From positions 1 to 64,000 of IMG/VR virus record IMGVR_UViG_3300037851_000553: DNA of 64,000 nt. One strand, given 5' to 3'. The translations under genes were made by a program, and so were the position numbers. Under the pieces are notes generated by a model that was not told the origin of the DNA, made no database searches, and worked only from the letters and a program-made list of their open reading frames with translations. Below are positions 26,249 through 35,444 of this stretch, piece by piece (within the stretch, counting starts at the first letter, position 1; the number at the start of each line of letters is the position of its first letter). This stretch comes from a virus.

Positions 26249-26515
26249 ATGTGTAATTTGCTTAAGAAAGTAGAAAACAAAAACAAATACAAATCAGCCG
26301 ACCCATTTTATTATCATTTGAGGGATGGGGATGTTGATTATCTTTTTTCTGATTATCAACTAGAAGCAGCAAAGAATCGTGCTCTTAGCAATCCAGAAGA
26401 TGTTGCAGATTATGAAGAGCCACCAAATGATTTTTGGGTTGGATTTGGTTCTGGTGTGGTTGCTTGTAGTTTCCTTGTTGCTTTTATTTATATTCTTATT
26501 CGCCTGTTGAGTTAA
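26249..26515 (+). CDS. small tail-anchored membrane protein
   Basis: 88 aa. C-terminal TM VGFGSGVVACSFLVAFIYILIRLL. Confidence 0.45.
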   Translation: MCNLLKKVENKNKYKSADPFYYHLRDGDVDYLFSDYQLEAAKNRALSNPEDVADYEEPPNDFWVGFGSGVVACSFLVAFIYILIRLLS

Positions 26516-26516
26516 G

Positions 26517-28082
26517 ATGATTGATTTTAATGATAAGAAAACTTGGTCTCTATATTGGAACGGACTGACAAAGGGCGTTTTCCAACTGGAAAGCAATCTT
26601 GGTAGGTCTTGGTCAAAAAAATTAGCACCAGAGAACATTGAAGAACTGGCAGCACTTATCGCCTTGATCAGGCCGGGGTGTTTGAAGGCTATCATTGATG
26701 GAAAGTCAATGACACAAAGATTTATTGATCGTAAGCACAAAAGAGAGCCTATTACTTATATTCACGACTCTTTGGAAAGTATTCTAAAAACAACCTATGG
26801 AGTTCTTGTCTACCAAGAGCAGGCAATGAAAATTGCTGTCAAACTTGCTGGGTTTAATGAACAAGAGGCAGACAATCTTCGTAAAGCCATTGGCAAAAAG
26901 AAGGCCAAGCTGATGATTGAAATTCGCGAACAATTTATAAAGGGTTGTTTAAAGGTTGGAATAGTAGATGAAGATACGTCTAAAGAGATTTTTAGCTGGA
27001 TTGAAAAATCTTCAAGATACTCTTTCAACAAGTCTCATGCCGTGGCATATGCAGTAAACTCATACTGGTCTGCTTGGTATAAAGCAAATCACACAGAGGA
27101 ATTTTTTACATCATATTTATACCACTCCAATGAAAAACAAGACCCTCATGAAGAAATTTATGAATTAGTTTCTGAGGCAAAATTGTTTGATATACATGTA
27201 AAGATATCAAAATTGTCATCTTTTAGTGAAAAATTTAAAAACAATAAAGATGGAATCTGTTTTGGTATAAAAGATATTAAAGGTTTGGCCGGTGTAAATG
27301 GGGACAACGTAATTTTTGTCATTCAAGAAACATCCAATATAATTAAAAAGAACCCAAAAGATTTTACGTGGATGGACGTTTTGATTTTTCTTTCTCCAAA
27401 AATCAATTCAACGGCTTTCAAGTCTTTGGCTAGCGTTGGGTTTTTTTCAACTTTATCAACGGGTGTCAGCAGAAACAGGGCTTTGTATGAATATTTGATC
27501 TTTAAAGAATTGACAAAAACTGAACAATCTTGGATTTTAGATAATTACGAAAAAAAACAGTGGAACAGCCTATATGACTGTCTAACTTCTTTGGCACCGG
27601 TAAAGAAACTTGGCGGTGGAACAAGCAACCATAGTCGTAGTCAAATAGTTTCAAATGAAGCAGAAATGGTGCTACATCCACCATATAAACTTTCAGACGA
27701 TCCATCTTGGATAGTCGAAATGGAAAAAAAGTTTTTGGGTTGTCCGGTCTCGTTGTCAAAGATTGATGCCGTTGACACATCTGTTGCGAACACTACTTGC
27801 AAAGACGTTTTAAATGGAAAACGTGGAAAAGACATATGTATAGTAGCAAGCGTAACAAGGGTTGCAAATCATAAGATAAAGAAAAAGGGAAGCAAACAGT
27901 TTGGTAAATTAATGTCGTTTTTAACGATTGAAGATTCAACCTGTTCATTGGATAGCGTTGTTGTGTTTCCAGACGCAAGAGAAAAGTATCAATATATTTT
28001 ATATGAAGGAAATAATCTTATGCTTTGTGGAGAAGTAGAAAATGGAAATTCTTTTGTTGTTGACAAAATTCATGAAATTTAA
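26517..28082 (+). CDS. dnaE: DNA polymerase III alpha subunit, C-terminal fragment (fingers plus OB-like tail)
   Basis: VFQLES, ALIRPG, FIDRKH, VLVYQEQAM, LRKAIGKKK, YSFNKSHAVAYA. Collinear with E. coli DnaE from about the IPLDDKKSF region onward. Confidence 0.92.
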   Translation: MIDFNDKKTWSLYWNGLTKGVFQLESNLGRSWSKKLAPENIEELAALIALIRPGCLKAIIDGKSMTQRFIDRKHKREPITYIHDSLESILKTTYGVLVYQEQAMKIAVKLAGFNEQEADNLRKAIGKKKAKLMIEIREQFIKGCLKVGIVDEDTSKEIFSWIEKSSRYSFNKSHAVAYAVNSYWSAWYKANHTEEFFTSYLYHSNEKQDPHEEIYELVSEAKLFDIHVKISKLSSFSEKFKNNKDGICFGIKDIKGLAGVNGDNVIFVIQETSNIIKKNPKDFTWMDVLIFLSPKINSTAFKSLASVGFFSTLSTGVSRNRALYEYLIFKELTKTEQSWILDNYEKKQWNSLYDCLTSLAPVKKLGGGTSNHSRSQIVSNEAEMVLHPPYKLSDDPSWIVEMEKKFLGCPVSLSKIDAVDTSVANTTCKDVLNGKRGKDICIVASVTRVANHKIKKKGSKQFGKLMSFLTIEDSTCSLDSVVVFPDAREKYQYILYEGNNLMLCGEVENGNSFVVDKIHEI

Positions 28083-28111
28083 TTGGTATAAATTAGAATT
28101 TAGACTATTAT
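28083..28111 (+). promoter_or_regulatory. sigma70-type promoter ahead of the long glycan operon
   Basis: TTGGTA, 17 nt spacer, TATTAT. The spacer ends in TTTAGAC. Confidence 0.45.
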
Positions 28112-28146
28112 AAGTTATACTATCATTTCACAAATATGGAGGAATC

Positions 28147-28602
28147 ATGAGGTCTTTGAATTCGGAAAGAAAGGTTGTGGTAAAAAAGACAAGGCTTCTT
28201 AATGCATTAAGAAAAAATCTTGAGAAGCATATCAACGATTATTTAGAAGCTGTCGCGGGATATAAAGAAGAAGCAAAGGTAAAGCTAGAAGCTGAAAAAG
28301 AAAAGGCTATTGAAAAACTGTCGCGTGCTTATACAAAAACTCTTGGTGAGATTGATAACTTTGATCCTGAAAAATCAACAGACGTTATAGTTTTTTGCGA
28401 TTCGATCCGATTTGATTTGGTAGCCCCAAAGAATTTTTCTGATGCTTATCAACAGGCAATAGAAATGTTGGAGTGGGAAGAAAGAGACGAAGTAGAATTG
28501 ACGACCTATGAATTTCGATGTTTTGTTATGGATAAGTGGGATTGGATGGAAGATTTTATAAAGAGCAATTCTAGATATCTATTAAAGAACAAGGCTCTAT
28601 GA
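28147..28602 (+). CDS. hypothetical protein
   Basis: 151 aa, GGAGG RBS, coiled-coil-like N-terminal half. Confidence 0.45.
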   Translation: MRSLNSERKVVVKKTRLLNALRKNLEKHINDYLEAVAGYKEEAKVKLEAEKEKAIEKLSRAYTKTLGEIDNFDPEKSTDVIVFCDSIRFDLVAPKNFSDAYQQAIEMLEWEERDEVELTTYEFRCFVMDKWDWMEDFIKSNSRYLLKNKAL

Positions 28603-28793
28603 TGGTCTGGCGTAAAGATGATCCGCCCTTTAATTTTGGTAAACCGCTAGAGTCTGTGCTTGAACGCAGACTGTATAGATTATCCATTCTAGAAAAAAAG
28701 CGGCCAGGAAAATTTACAGAACAATTACTGGAAGCAAGACAAAAATGGATTAAAGAATTTGAATATAATATAAATATTGATCTTGCTCTTTAA
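28599..28793 (+). CDS. hypothetical protein
   Basis: 64 aa, ATGA-coupled. Confidence 0.35.
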   Translation: MMVWRKDDPPFNFGKPLESVLERRLYRLSILEKKRPGKFTEQLLEARQKWIKEFEYNINIDLAL

Positions 28794-28826
28794 GATAAAG
28801 ATACTTATGGACAAAGAAGGGTAAAA

Positions 28827-30515
28827 ATGAGGCGTAAGCGTGTACTTTTTTGTAGTGAAGCTACATTTTTAAATACTGGATACGCGACGTATACCAGAGA
28901 AATTTTAAATCAACTACATAACACTGGAAAATATGAAATAGCTGAAATGGGTGCCTACGGTCAGAGAAACGACCCAAGGGCGGTTGAAATCCCATGGAAA
29001 TATTATGGTGTTGCACCAAACACAGAGTGTGAGCCAAAGGCAACAGAACAAGAGCTACAGGCTTATAATTCTTCTGGGACAAACCAATTTGGTGAATGGA
29101 TTTTTGAGCATGTTTGCTTGGATTTTTTGCCAGACATTGTTTGTGATATTCGCGATTTTTGGATGCTTGACTTTGCAGAAAGATCCCCATATAGAAATTA
29201 CTTTAGGTGGGCTATAATGCCAACGGTTGACGCACGACCACAAGCAAGACAATGGATTGCTACATATGCTAGTGCAGACGCTGTTTTGACCTATTCTGAT
29301 TGGGCTGGCGGTGTTTTGTCTGATCAATCTGGTGGTAAGATAAAGTATTGGGGAAGTTCTCCACCCTCTGCACACCACGCGTATAGACCAGTTCCAGACA
29401 AGCGAGCACACAAGCTACAATATGGAATAAATCCAGATTACAAAATAATCGGAACGGTTATGCGTAATCAAAGACGAAAATTGTATCCAGATTTGTTCGA
29501 AGCGTTTAGGAAATTTTTAGACAAAGCAAAGAGCAAACAGTATTATCTATATTGTCACACTTCATACCCAGATCTTGGTTGGGATATTCCAGAACTTATC
29601 TTGCAATACGACCTTGCAGCACACGTACTGTTTACATATATTTGTCCAGAAACAAAGAAACCATTTCCTTCACTGTTTAAGGGGGCCGTTGCTCAATCGC
29701 CCTTTACGGGGCGTTGGGGGTCTACTCTTTCGAATGTGAAGAACGGGGTGTCATATGAGAATTTATCAAATATTATAAATTTGTTTGATCTTTATGCTCA
29801 ATATGCAAACTGTGAAGGTTTTGGGCTTCCACAGGTTGAAGCCGCTGCCTGTGGAGTACCCGTTTGTGGTACAGATTATTCTGCTATGGAAAGCGTGCTT
29901 CGTCAGCTTGGGGGTCATCCAATTAGACCAGCCGCTCTTTACAAAGAACTTGAAACGGGGTGTTTTCGTGCTGTACCAAACAACGAAGAAGCCGCACGCC
30001 ATTTTTTGAAATTCTTCGAAGAAACAAGCGAAGAAGGTAGAAAAGCAATTGGTTTACAAACAAGAAAAAATTTTGAGAAATATTTTAGATGGGACATGAG
30101 TGCCGGAAAGTGGGCTGCTATTTTTGATAGCTTTGAAGAAATTCCAATCGAAAGAACGTGGGCGTCTCCACCGAAAATTCATCAACCATCACCGCCACTG
30201 ACAAAAGAACAGGTGAACGGTTCTGATCCAACGCAGTTGGCAAGATGGTTGATAGTAGAAGTTCTTGGAGACGTTTCAAAATTGAATACTTTTTTTGAAT
30301 CAAGGCTTGCTAGAGACTTAACATATCGTTCTTCGACTAGCTCTACAGGTGGAATGTATTTCAACGAATCTTCTGCTGCTTTTGAGGGTATTAATTTTCG
30401 TTTACACTTCGATTTTGACATTGCTTACAATCAACTAAAGGCCCAGTGTGAAAGAAGAAACGCTTGGGAACAGCGTCGTGTACAGGTAATGCAAGAAAGG
30501 AGACTGCTACGATGA
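28827..30515 (+). CDS. GT4-like (GT-B) glycosyltransferase
   Basis: CEGFGLPQVEAAACGVPVCGTDYSAMESV (E-x7-E region). Confidence 0.8.
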   Translation: MRRKRVLFCSEATFLNTGYATYTREILNQLHNTGKYEIAEMGAYGQRNDPRAVEIPWKYYGVAPNTECEPKATEQELQAYNSSGTNQFGEWIFEHVCLDFLPDIVCDIRDFWMLDFAERSPYRNYFRWAIMPTVDARPQARQWIATYASADAVLTYSDWAGGVLSDQSGGKIKYWGSSPPSAHHAYRPVPDKRAHKLQYGINPDYKIIGTVMRNQRRKLYPDLFEAFRKFLDKAKSKQYYLYCHTSYPDLGWDIPELILQYDLAAHVLFTYICPETKKPFPSLFKGAVAQSPFTGRWGSTLSNVKNGVSYENLSNIINLFDLYAQYANCEGFGLPQVEAAACGVPVCGTDYSAMESVLRQLGGHPIRPAALYKELETGCFRAVPNNEEAARHFLKFFEETSEEGRKAIGLQTRKNFEKYFRWDMSAGKWAAIFDSFEEIPIERTWASPPKIHQPSPPLTKEQVNGSDPTQLARWLIVEVLGDVSKLNTFFESRLARDLTYRSSTSSTGGMYFNESSAAFEGINFRLHFDFDIAYNQLKAQCERRNAWEQRRVQVMQERRLLR

Positions 30516-31540
30516 GAAGCGTGATAGTTACCGGTTGTGCTGGATTGTTTGGAAGTCATTTTAGTCGCCATCTTATAAAGCGTGGTTATAAAGTGGTTGG
30601 AATTGATGATCTTAGCGGTGGATACGCCGACTACTTGCCGTTGGATGGGCCAGATCGTTTTGAGTTTTGGCCAATTGATTTGTCTGACGGAAAGTGGTCC
30701 CCCAAATGTTTAGAGCATATCTTCATTGATCCCAAACGAGATGAAATTGCTGCATGTTTTCATTTTGCCGCTTATGCCGCAGAAGGATTGTCACCGTTTA
30801 TCCGGCGTTTTAATTATAGCAACAACGTTTTGGCCAGTGCCAACGTTATCAACGCTTGCATCAACCGTGGTGTTAAATTAATTTTTACTTCTTCTATGGC
30901 CGTTTACGGTAATCAACTGGCACCGTTTACAGAGTCAATGGAGCCAAAGCCTATTGATCCATACGGCGTTGCAAAGTATGCTGTTGAAATGGACATTAAA
31001 ATAGCAGCTTCACAACACAAGCTAGAGTATACAATAGTTCGCCCACACAACGTTGTTGGCATCTATCAAAATATTTGGGACAGATATCGTAATGTGGCAG
31101 GTATCTTTATACGCAAGGTTCTAGACGGAGAACCAATGTTGATTTATGGTGACGGCGAACAAACTCGTGCGTTTTCTGATATCAAATATTACATGGAACC
31201 ACTTGAGAAAATGATAGACGCACGCGGTGTTGAATCTAATCGTACTGTGAACATTGGTGCTGACAAAGTATACACCATCAACGAATTGGCCGATACTGTA
31301 CAGCGTGTGGCCAAAAAGAATGGTTATGAAGCAACAAAAAAATACGTAGAGGGACGACACGAAGTAAAACACGCACACTGTGATCATTCTGTTGCTAAAT
31401 CTATTTTTGGTTTTCGTGATGACACCAATCTTGAAGAATTGATAGATGAAATGTTCAAGTGGGCCATGTTACAACCCAAGCGTGATCAAAAGAAGATGCC
31501 GTATGAAGTGGAACAGGGAATCTATGACTACTGGAAGTAA
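30512..31540 (+). CDS. NAD-dependent sugar epimerase/dehydratase (extended SDR)
   Basis: VTGCAGLFGSH Rossmann motif, SSMAVYG, YGVAKYAVE (YxxxK). ATGA overlap and AAGGAG RBS. Confidence 0.85.
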   Translation: MRSVIVTGCAGLFGSHFSRHLIKRGYKVVGIDDLSGGYADYLPLDGPDRFEFWPIDLSDGKWSPKCLEHIFIDPKRDEIAACFHFAAYAAEGLSPFIRRFNYSNNVLASANVINACINRGVKLIFTSSMAVYGNQLAPFTESMEPKPIDPYGVAKYAVEMDIKIAASQHKLEYTIVRPHNVVGIYQNIWDRYRNVAGIFIRKVLDGEPMLIYGDGEQTRAFSDIKYYMEPLEKMIDARGVESNRTVNIGADKVYTINELADTVQRVAKKNGYEATKKYVEGRHEVKHAHCDHSVAKSIFGFRDDTNLEELIDEMFKWAMLQPKRDQKKMPYEVEQGIYDYWK

Positions 31541-32360
31541 ACTGAATCTACAACATGTAACAATCTTTACGTTTTGTTGGGGCACAGAACACGTTGGTCT
31601 TTCTCTTAGGGCCATGTTAATTGGTTTGGATCAAGTAAATTTTGGTAAAAGGATTTTAATTACAGACCCAGAAAAAACAGATTTGAGTTTGTTTGAACAA
31701 ATTATTGATCGTAACAACATAGAGGTATACGACATGAGCGTAGACCTCAACAGCAACCTAAAGAATGATGATACAAACCGCTCTGGATTTTGTGAGTCGT
31801 TTGTTCAACAAACAAATCGTTATATTACTGGAGATTTTTGTTTGAATGTTCAACACGATTCGACTATAATAGATAGCACGAAGTGGGACGACAAGTTTCT
31901 GGATTATGACTACATTGGAGCACCGTGGCCAATGGAAATAATTCAAGCTAGTGATATGGTTGCTGGTAGGATAAAGGAAATTCCCAACGTTGTTGGCAAC
32001 GGGGGGTTTTCCTTGAGAACGCGAAAATTTGTTGAAGAATCGGCCAAGCTGGGGTGGCAACACAAGAACGAAGATTTAAATATTTGCGTTTTCAATTATC
32101 AACGAATGACTGATTCCGGCGTTAAGTTTGCACCACCACAATTGGCCGCCAAATTCTCGGTTGAGCACCCAACACCATATAAGAAATTTTATAGAGACCT
32201 GTTGTTTAGCTATGGGTCGTTTGGTTTTCATGGTGAATTCAACACGGCAGGAATGAAGTTTATAAATAACTATAAATTAGGAAAAGAAAAAGATGAAGAT
32301 AGTGACAAACAGAGACGCTTATCTAGAACACATCAAAACACAGCTTCCAACAAATCCTAA
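31524..32360 (+). CDS. DUF5672-like putative glycosyltransferase
   Basis: YDYIGAPWP and VGNGGFSLRTRKF motifs. I chose the ATG at 31524. Confidence 0.55.
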   Translation: MTTGSKLNLQHVTIFTFCWGTEHVGLSLRAMLIGLDQVNFGKRILITDPEKTDLSLFEQIIDRNNIEVYDMSVDLNSNLKNDDTNRSGFCESFVQQTNRYITGDFCLNVQHDSTIIDSTKWDDKFLDYDYIGAPWPMEIIQASDMVAGRIKEIPNVVGNGGFSLRTRKFVEESAKLGWQHKNEDLNICVFNYQRMTDSGVKFAPPQLAAKFSVEHPTPYKKFYRDLLFSYGSFGFHGEFNTAGMKFINNYKLGKEKDEDSDKQRRLSRTHQNTASNKS

Positions 32361-32922
32361 AGTATTGGAAATTGGGGTAGAAGCCGGATATTTCTCTAAA
32401 CAACTGCTAGATGTTTTGAATCCATCAGAACTACATTTACTAGACCCTTGGAAAGTAAACCCGTTTAATGGTAAAATATACTCTGAGGGACATATGAAAA
32501 ATGTTCCAACGGCACACAGCAATGTGAACATGCAAATTAAAATTGAAAGAACGTATGAAGAAGAAATTAAAAACGGTAAAATTCATATTCACCGTGGATA
32601 TTCATATGAACTTGCAGACAGGTTTGATCCAGAATATTTTGATTTCATTTATTTAGATGGCTGTCACCTTTACGAGTCAGTAAAACAAGATTTGATTGAC
32701 TATATCCCAAAAATAAAGCCACAAGGAGTTTTTGGTGGTCACGATTATATCAGCAAAGAAACCCTCTTTACTCAAGAGGGCGTTGTCTATACAAACCAGC
32801 TTGGTTATGGTATAAAACAGGCCGTTGACGAATTTTTAAGTTGCAGACCAGACCTAGAAATGATTGTCCTGGTAAGTGATGATATTCCGTTTCCAGACTG
32901 GGCTATTAGGAGAAAACAATGA
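32293..32922 (+). CDS. class I SAM-dependent methyltransferase
   Basis: LEIGVEAGYFS, LHLLDPW, IYLDGCHLYESV, GGHDY. Paralog of 22623-23168. Confidence 0.65.
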   Translation: MKIVTNRDAYLEHIKTQLPTNPKVLEIGVEAGYFSKQLLDVLNPSELHLLDPWKVNPFNGKIYSEGHMKNVPTAHSNVNMQIKIERTYEEEIKNGKIHIHRGYSYELADRFDPEYFDFIYLDGCHLYESVKQDLIDYIPKIKPQGVFGGHDYISKETLFTQEGVVYTNQLGYGIKQAVDEFLSCRPDLEMIVLVSDDIPFPDWAIRRKQ

Positions 32923-34043
32923 AGGTATTATACATAGGTTATTATAGAGAGGATAGTGACTGGGGTAGACAAACGGTCAATCAAATTTTAGCTTTAGAAA
33001 AGGCTGGTGTAGACATTGTTTGTCGCAGCATTGATCTTGGTGGCAGCAAGCGAACCCCAGAATCAATAGGGCATCTAGAAGATAAAGATGTTTCAAACGC
33101 GGATTACTGCATTCAACATGTGTTTCCAGAACACATGGTAGGAAGCAATAAGTTCAAGAAAAATGTTGGATATTTCACCAATAATTTCGTAAACATCAAA
33201 CACAGCACTTGGATAGAGAAATTATCGTTGATGGACGAAGTTTGGATGCCTTATAAGGTAGATTATACCCCTTTTGTTGGTATAAATTCATTAAAATTTA
33301 TTCCATTTGCTTTTGATATTAGTATTTTTAACAAGCGTCACAATAATATAAACATTAAAGAAGCAGAAAATACTTTTAAAGTATATTCTATTGCTAACCC
33401 AAACGAGCCGGGCCTAGATTGGTTGTTGACTTCATTTCATTCTGAGTTTGACGTTTCAGAACCAGTGTCTCTTGTGATTTTGGTAAAAACAGAATCTATA
33501 GACGGAAAACAAGAACTTGCAATCGTAAACGAGCGTTCACAAAAAATAAAATCTTTACTTAGGTTATATCCAAATCTCAGCGGCTACAAGCGTGATATTA
33601 TTATTGCTTCTCCCTCGTTGACGCAAGAAAACATTTTTGAACTTCATCAATATTGTGATTGTTATGTATCTACAAGCACACAGGCCCTGTTTCCAACAAC
33701 AGAAATTGAAGCTGCTGGATTTGGAAATAATCCAATAGTATCTGATAAAAGTGTTATTTTACAATATCTTCCACCTGAATGTAGGCGGCACGTTCCTTCT
33801 ATTTATCAAGTTTTACAAACAAGGGGTGGGGTTTTTCCAGATACAAACAATGGAAGAGATTATTATATTCGTCCAGATGAACACTACATAAAAATGGCTA
33901 TGCGTACTTCATACAAACGATGGATAGACGAAACACCAATGAAGCACAAAATTAATAATAAGACACAAACGCTAAACGAACTATCAAAGCGTTTTTCGTT
34001 AGAAAGTGTTGGACAGAAAATGAAGGAGGCTTTGAGTGTTTAA
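32919..34043 (+). CDS. GT-B-like glycosyltransferase (degenerate GT4 motif)
   Basis: CDCYVSTSTQALFPTTEIEAAGFGNNPIVSD in the position of the GT4 E-x7-E region. Confidence 0.5.
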   Translation: MKVLYIGYYREDSDWGRQTVNQILALEKAGVDIVCRSIDLGGSKRTPESIGHLEDKDVSNADYCIQHVFPEHMVGSNKFKKNVGYFTNNFVNIKHSTWIEKLSLMDEVWMPYKVDYTPFVGINSLKFIPFAFDISIFNKRHNNINIKEAENTFKVYSIANPNEPGLDWLLTSFHSEFDVSEPVSLVILVKTESIDGKQELAIVNERSQKIKSLLRLYPNLSGYKRDIIIASPSLTQENIFELHQYCDCYVSTSTQALFPTTEIEAAGFGNNPIVSDKSVILQYLPPECRRHVPSIYQVLQTRGGVFPDTNNGRDYYIRPDEHYIKMAMRTSYKRWIDETPMKHKINNKTQTLNELSKRFSLESVGQKMKEALSV

Positions 34044-35019
34044 ACAATTAAAAATTATAAACGATGTTGATAGAACCGATAAAAAATACAACATTCTAAC
34101 GTTCAACACACACGAGCGTTATCAGACACAAGTTGCAAAAACGGGGCACAATTTTTACGCGTTTAATTTTGATGGGGGAAAAGATTGGTTTGATAAACAC
34201 GCCCCAATGCCATCGAATTATTATCAATTACCAAAAAATTCGATGTACCCAGGAATTGTTTTTGATTTTATTTTTGTTAACAGTAAGTTTGGACAATTTC
34301 AAACAGCTTCTCAAATTAATCAAAGACTACAACTTCCAATGGTAGTTCTAGAACATACCCTACCACTACCAAACTGGCCCAACGAACAGTTAAGAATGTT
34401 TCAGAACATGAAGGGCGATATTAATGTATTTATTACAGAATACTCAAAGCGACAGTGGGGAATGTCTGGCGATGTTATTTATCATTCGATTGATACCGAC
34501 CTATTCAAACCAATTGAAGGAGAATGGATACGAAAGAATCAAGTTTTAACAGTTGCTCACGACTTTATCAAAAGAGACTATGCACTAAATTATTATGGTT
34601 GGGAAAGAATTACAAAAGGACTTCCAAGGGTTGTTGTTGGAGATACGCCAGGATTATCTAAACAAAGCGAATCGGTTGAAGATCTTGTAAAAACATATCA
34701 AGAAAGCCTTATTTATATCAACCCAAGCGTTTTGAGTCCAGTTCCAACGAGCATGTTGGAGGCCATGGCGTGTGGCTGTGCGGTTGTTTCAACGGCAACC
34801 TGTGAGATTCCAAACATCATTGAAAACGGTGTGAATGGATTCTTGTCAAACAACGAAGAGGAACTAAGGATGATAATTAATAAACTTCTTGAAAATTCAG
34901 AGTTGGCAAGCAAAATAGGGCAAAATGCAAGAAAAACAATTTTGGAAAAATTTTCGGAACAAAAGTTTATTGACAGTTGGAACACGGTTTTTAACAAAGT
35001 AATTAATATGAGGAAATAA
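34036..35019 (+). CDS. GT4-like glycosyltransferase
   Basis: PVPTSMLEAMACGCAVVSTATCEIPNIIENGVNGFL. Confidence 0.8.
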   Translation: MFKQLKIINDVDRTDKKYNILTFNTHERYQTQVAKTGHNFYAFNFDGGKDWFDKHAPMPSNYYQLPKNSMYPGIVFDFIFVNSKFGQFQTASQINQRLQLPMVVLEHTLPLPNWPNEQLRMFQNMKGDINVFITEYSKRQWGMSGDVIYHSIDTDLFKPIEGEWIRKNQVLTVAHDFIKRDYALNYYGWERITKGLPRVVVGDTPGLSKQSESVEDLVKTYQESLIYINPSVLSPVPTSMLEAMACGCAVVSTATCEIPNIIENGVNGFLSNNEEELRMIINKLLENSELASKIGQNARKTILEKFSEQKFIDSWNTVFNKVINMRK

Positions 35020-35021
35020 AA

Positions 35022-35444
35022 ATGAAGTTACAAATATTAGGTAGGGGACAAGCATCTATTGGCGGATACAATACGCTTATTATTGATAGAAACGATATGG
35101 ATTTAAGTTCCATTACAGACAACGAGTGTGATTTTATTTTAGCGTCAGATGTTGCGGATTTTTTCCCGGCAAATTTTATTGAACGGGTTATTGCAGGAAT
35201 CGTGCAAAAACTTAGACTAAACGGTGAAGTTGTTTTTGGGGGTACGGATGTGCGTTTGTTTTCTAAGGCGGTGTTTAATGGTTTGATTACCGAAGAAAAC
35301 GCTTCAAATATTGTAACGTCTGTTAATTCTATGACTTCTAGCGAGCAAGTAAAAAACATTTTTCAAAAAATGGGATTACAAATTTTGTCCGTCTATATTG
35401 ACGGACTACACTACGAAGTCAAAGCAAAAAGGTTGCCACAATGA
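35022..35444 (+). CDS. hypothetical protein (possibly a truncated methyltransferase-like fold)
   Basis: 140 aa. DFILASDV...LRLNGEVVFGG faintly resembles the C-terminal half of a class I methyltransferase. Confidence 0.3.
   Translation: MKLQILGRGQASIGGYNTLIIDRNDMDLSSITDNECDFILASDVADFFPANFIERVIAGIVQKLRLNGEVVFGGTDVRLFSKAVFNGLITEENASNIVTSVNSMTSSEQVKNIFQKMGLQILSVYIDGLHYEVKAKRLPQ

Noticed and set aside
24806-26516. An intein or a group I/II intron as the explanation for the interrupted dnaE
   Set aside because: Both dnaE halves have their own stop and start codons. The junction residues lack intein hallmarks: no N-terminal Cys/Ser block and no terminal HN followed by Cys/Ser/Thr. Non-coding DNA is only ~40 nt on each side of the HNH gene. 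The intervening ORFs are ordinary, independently translated genes.
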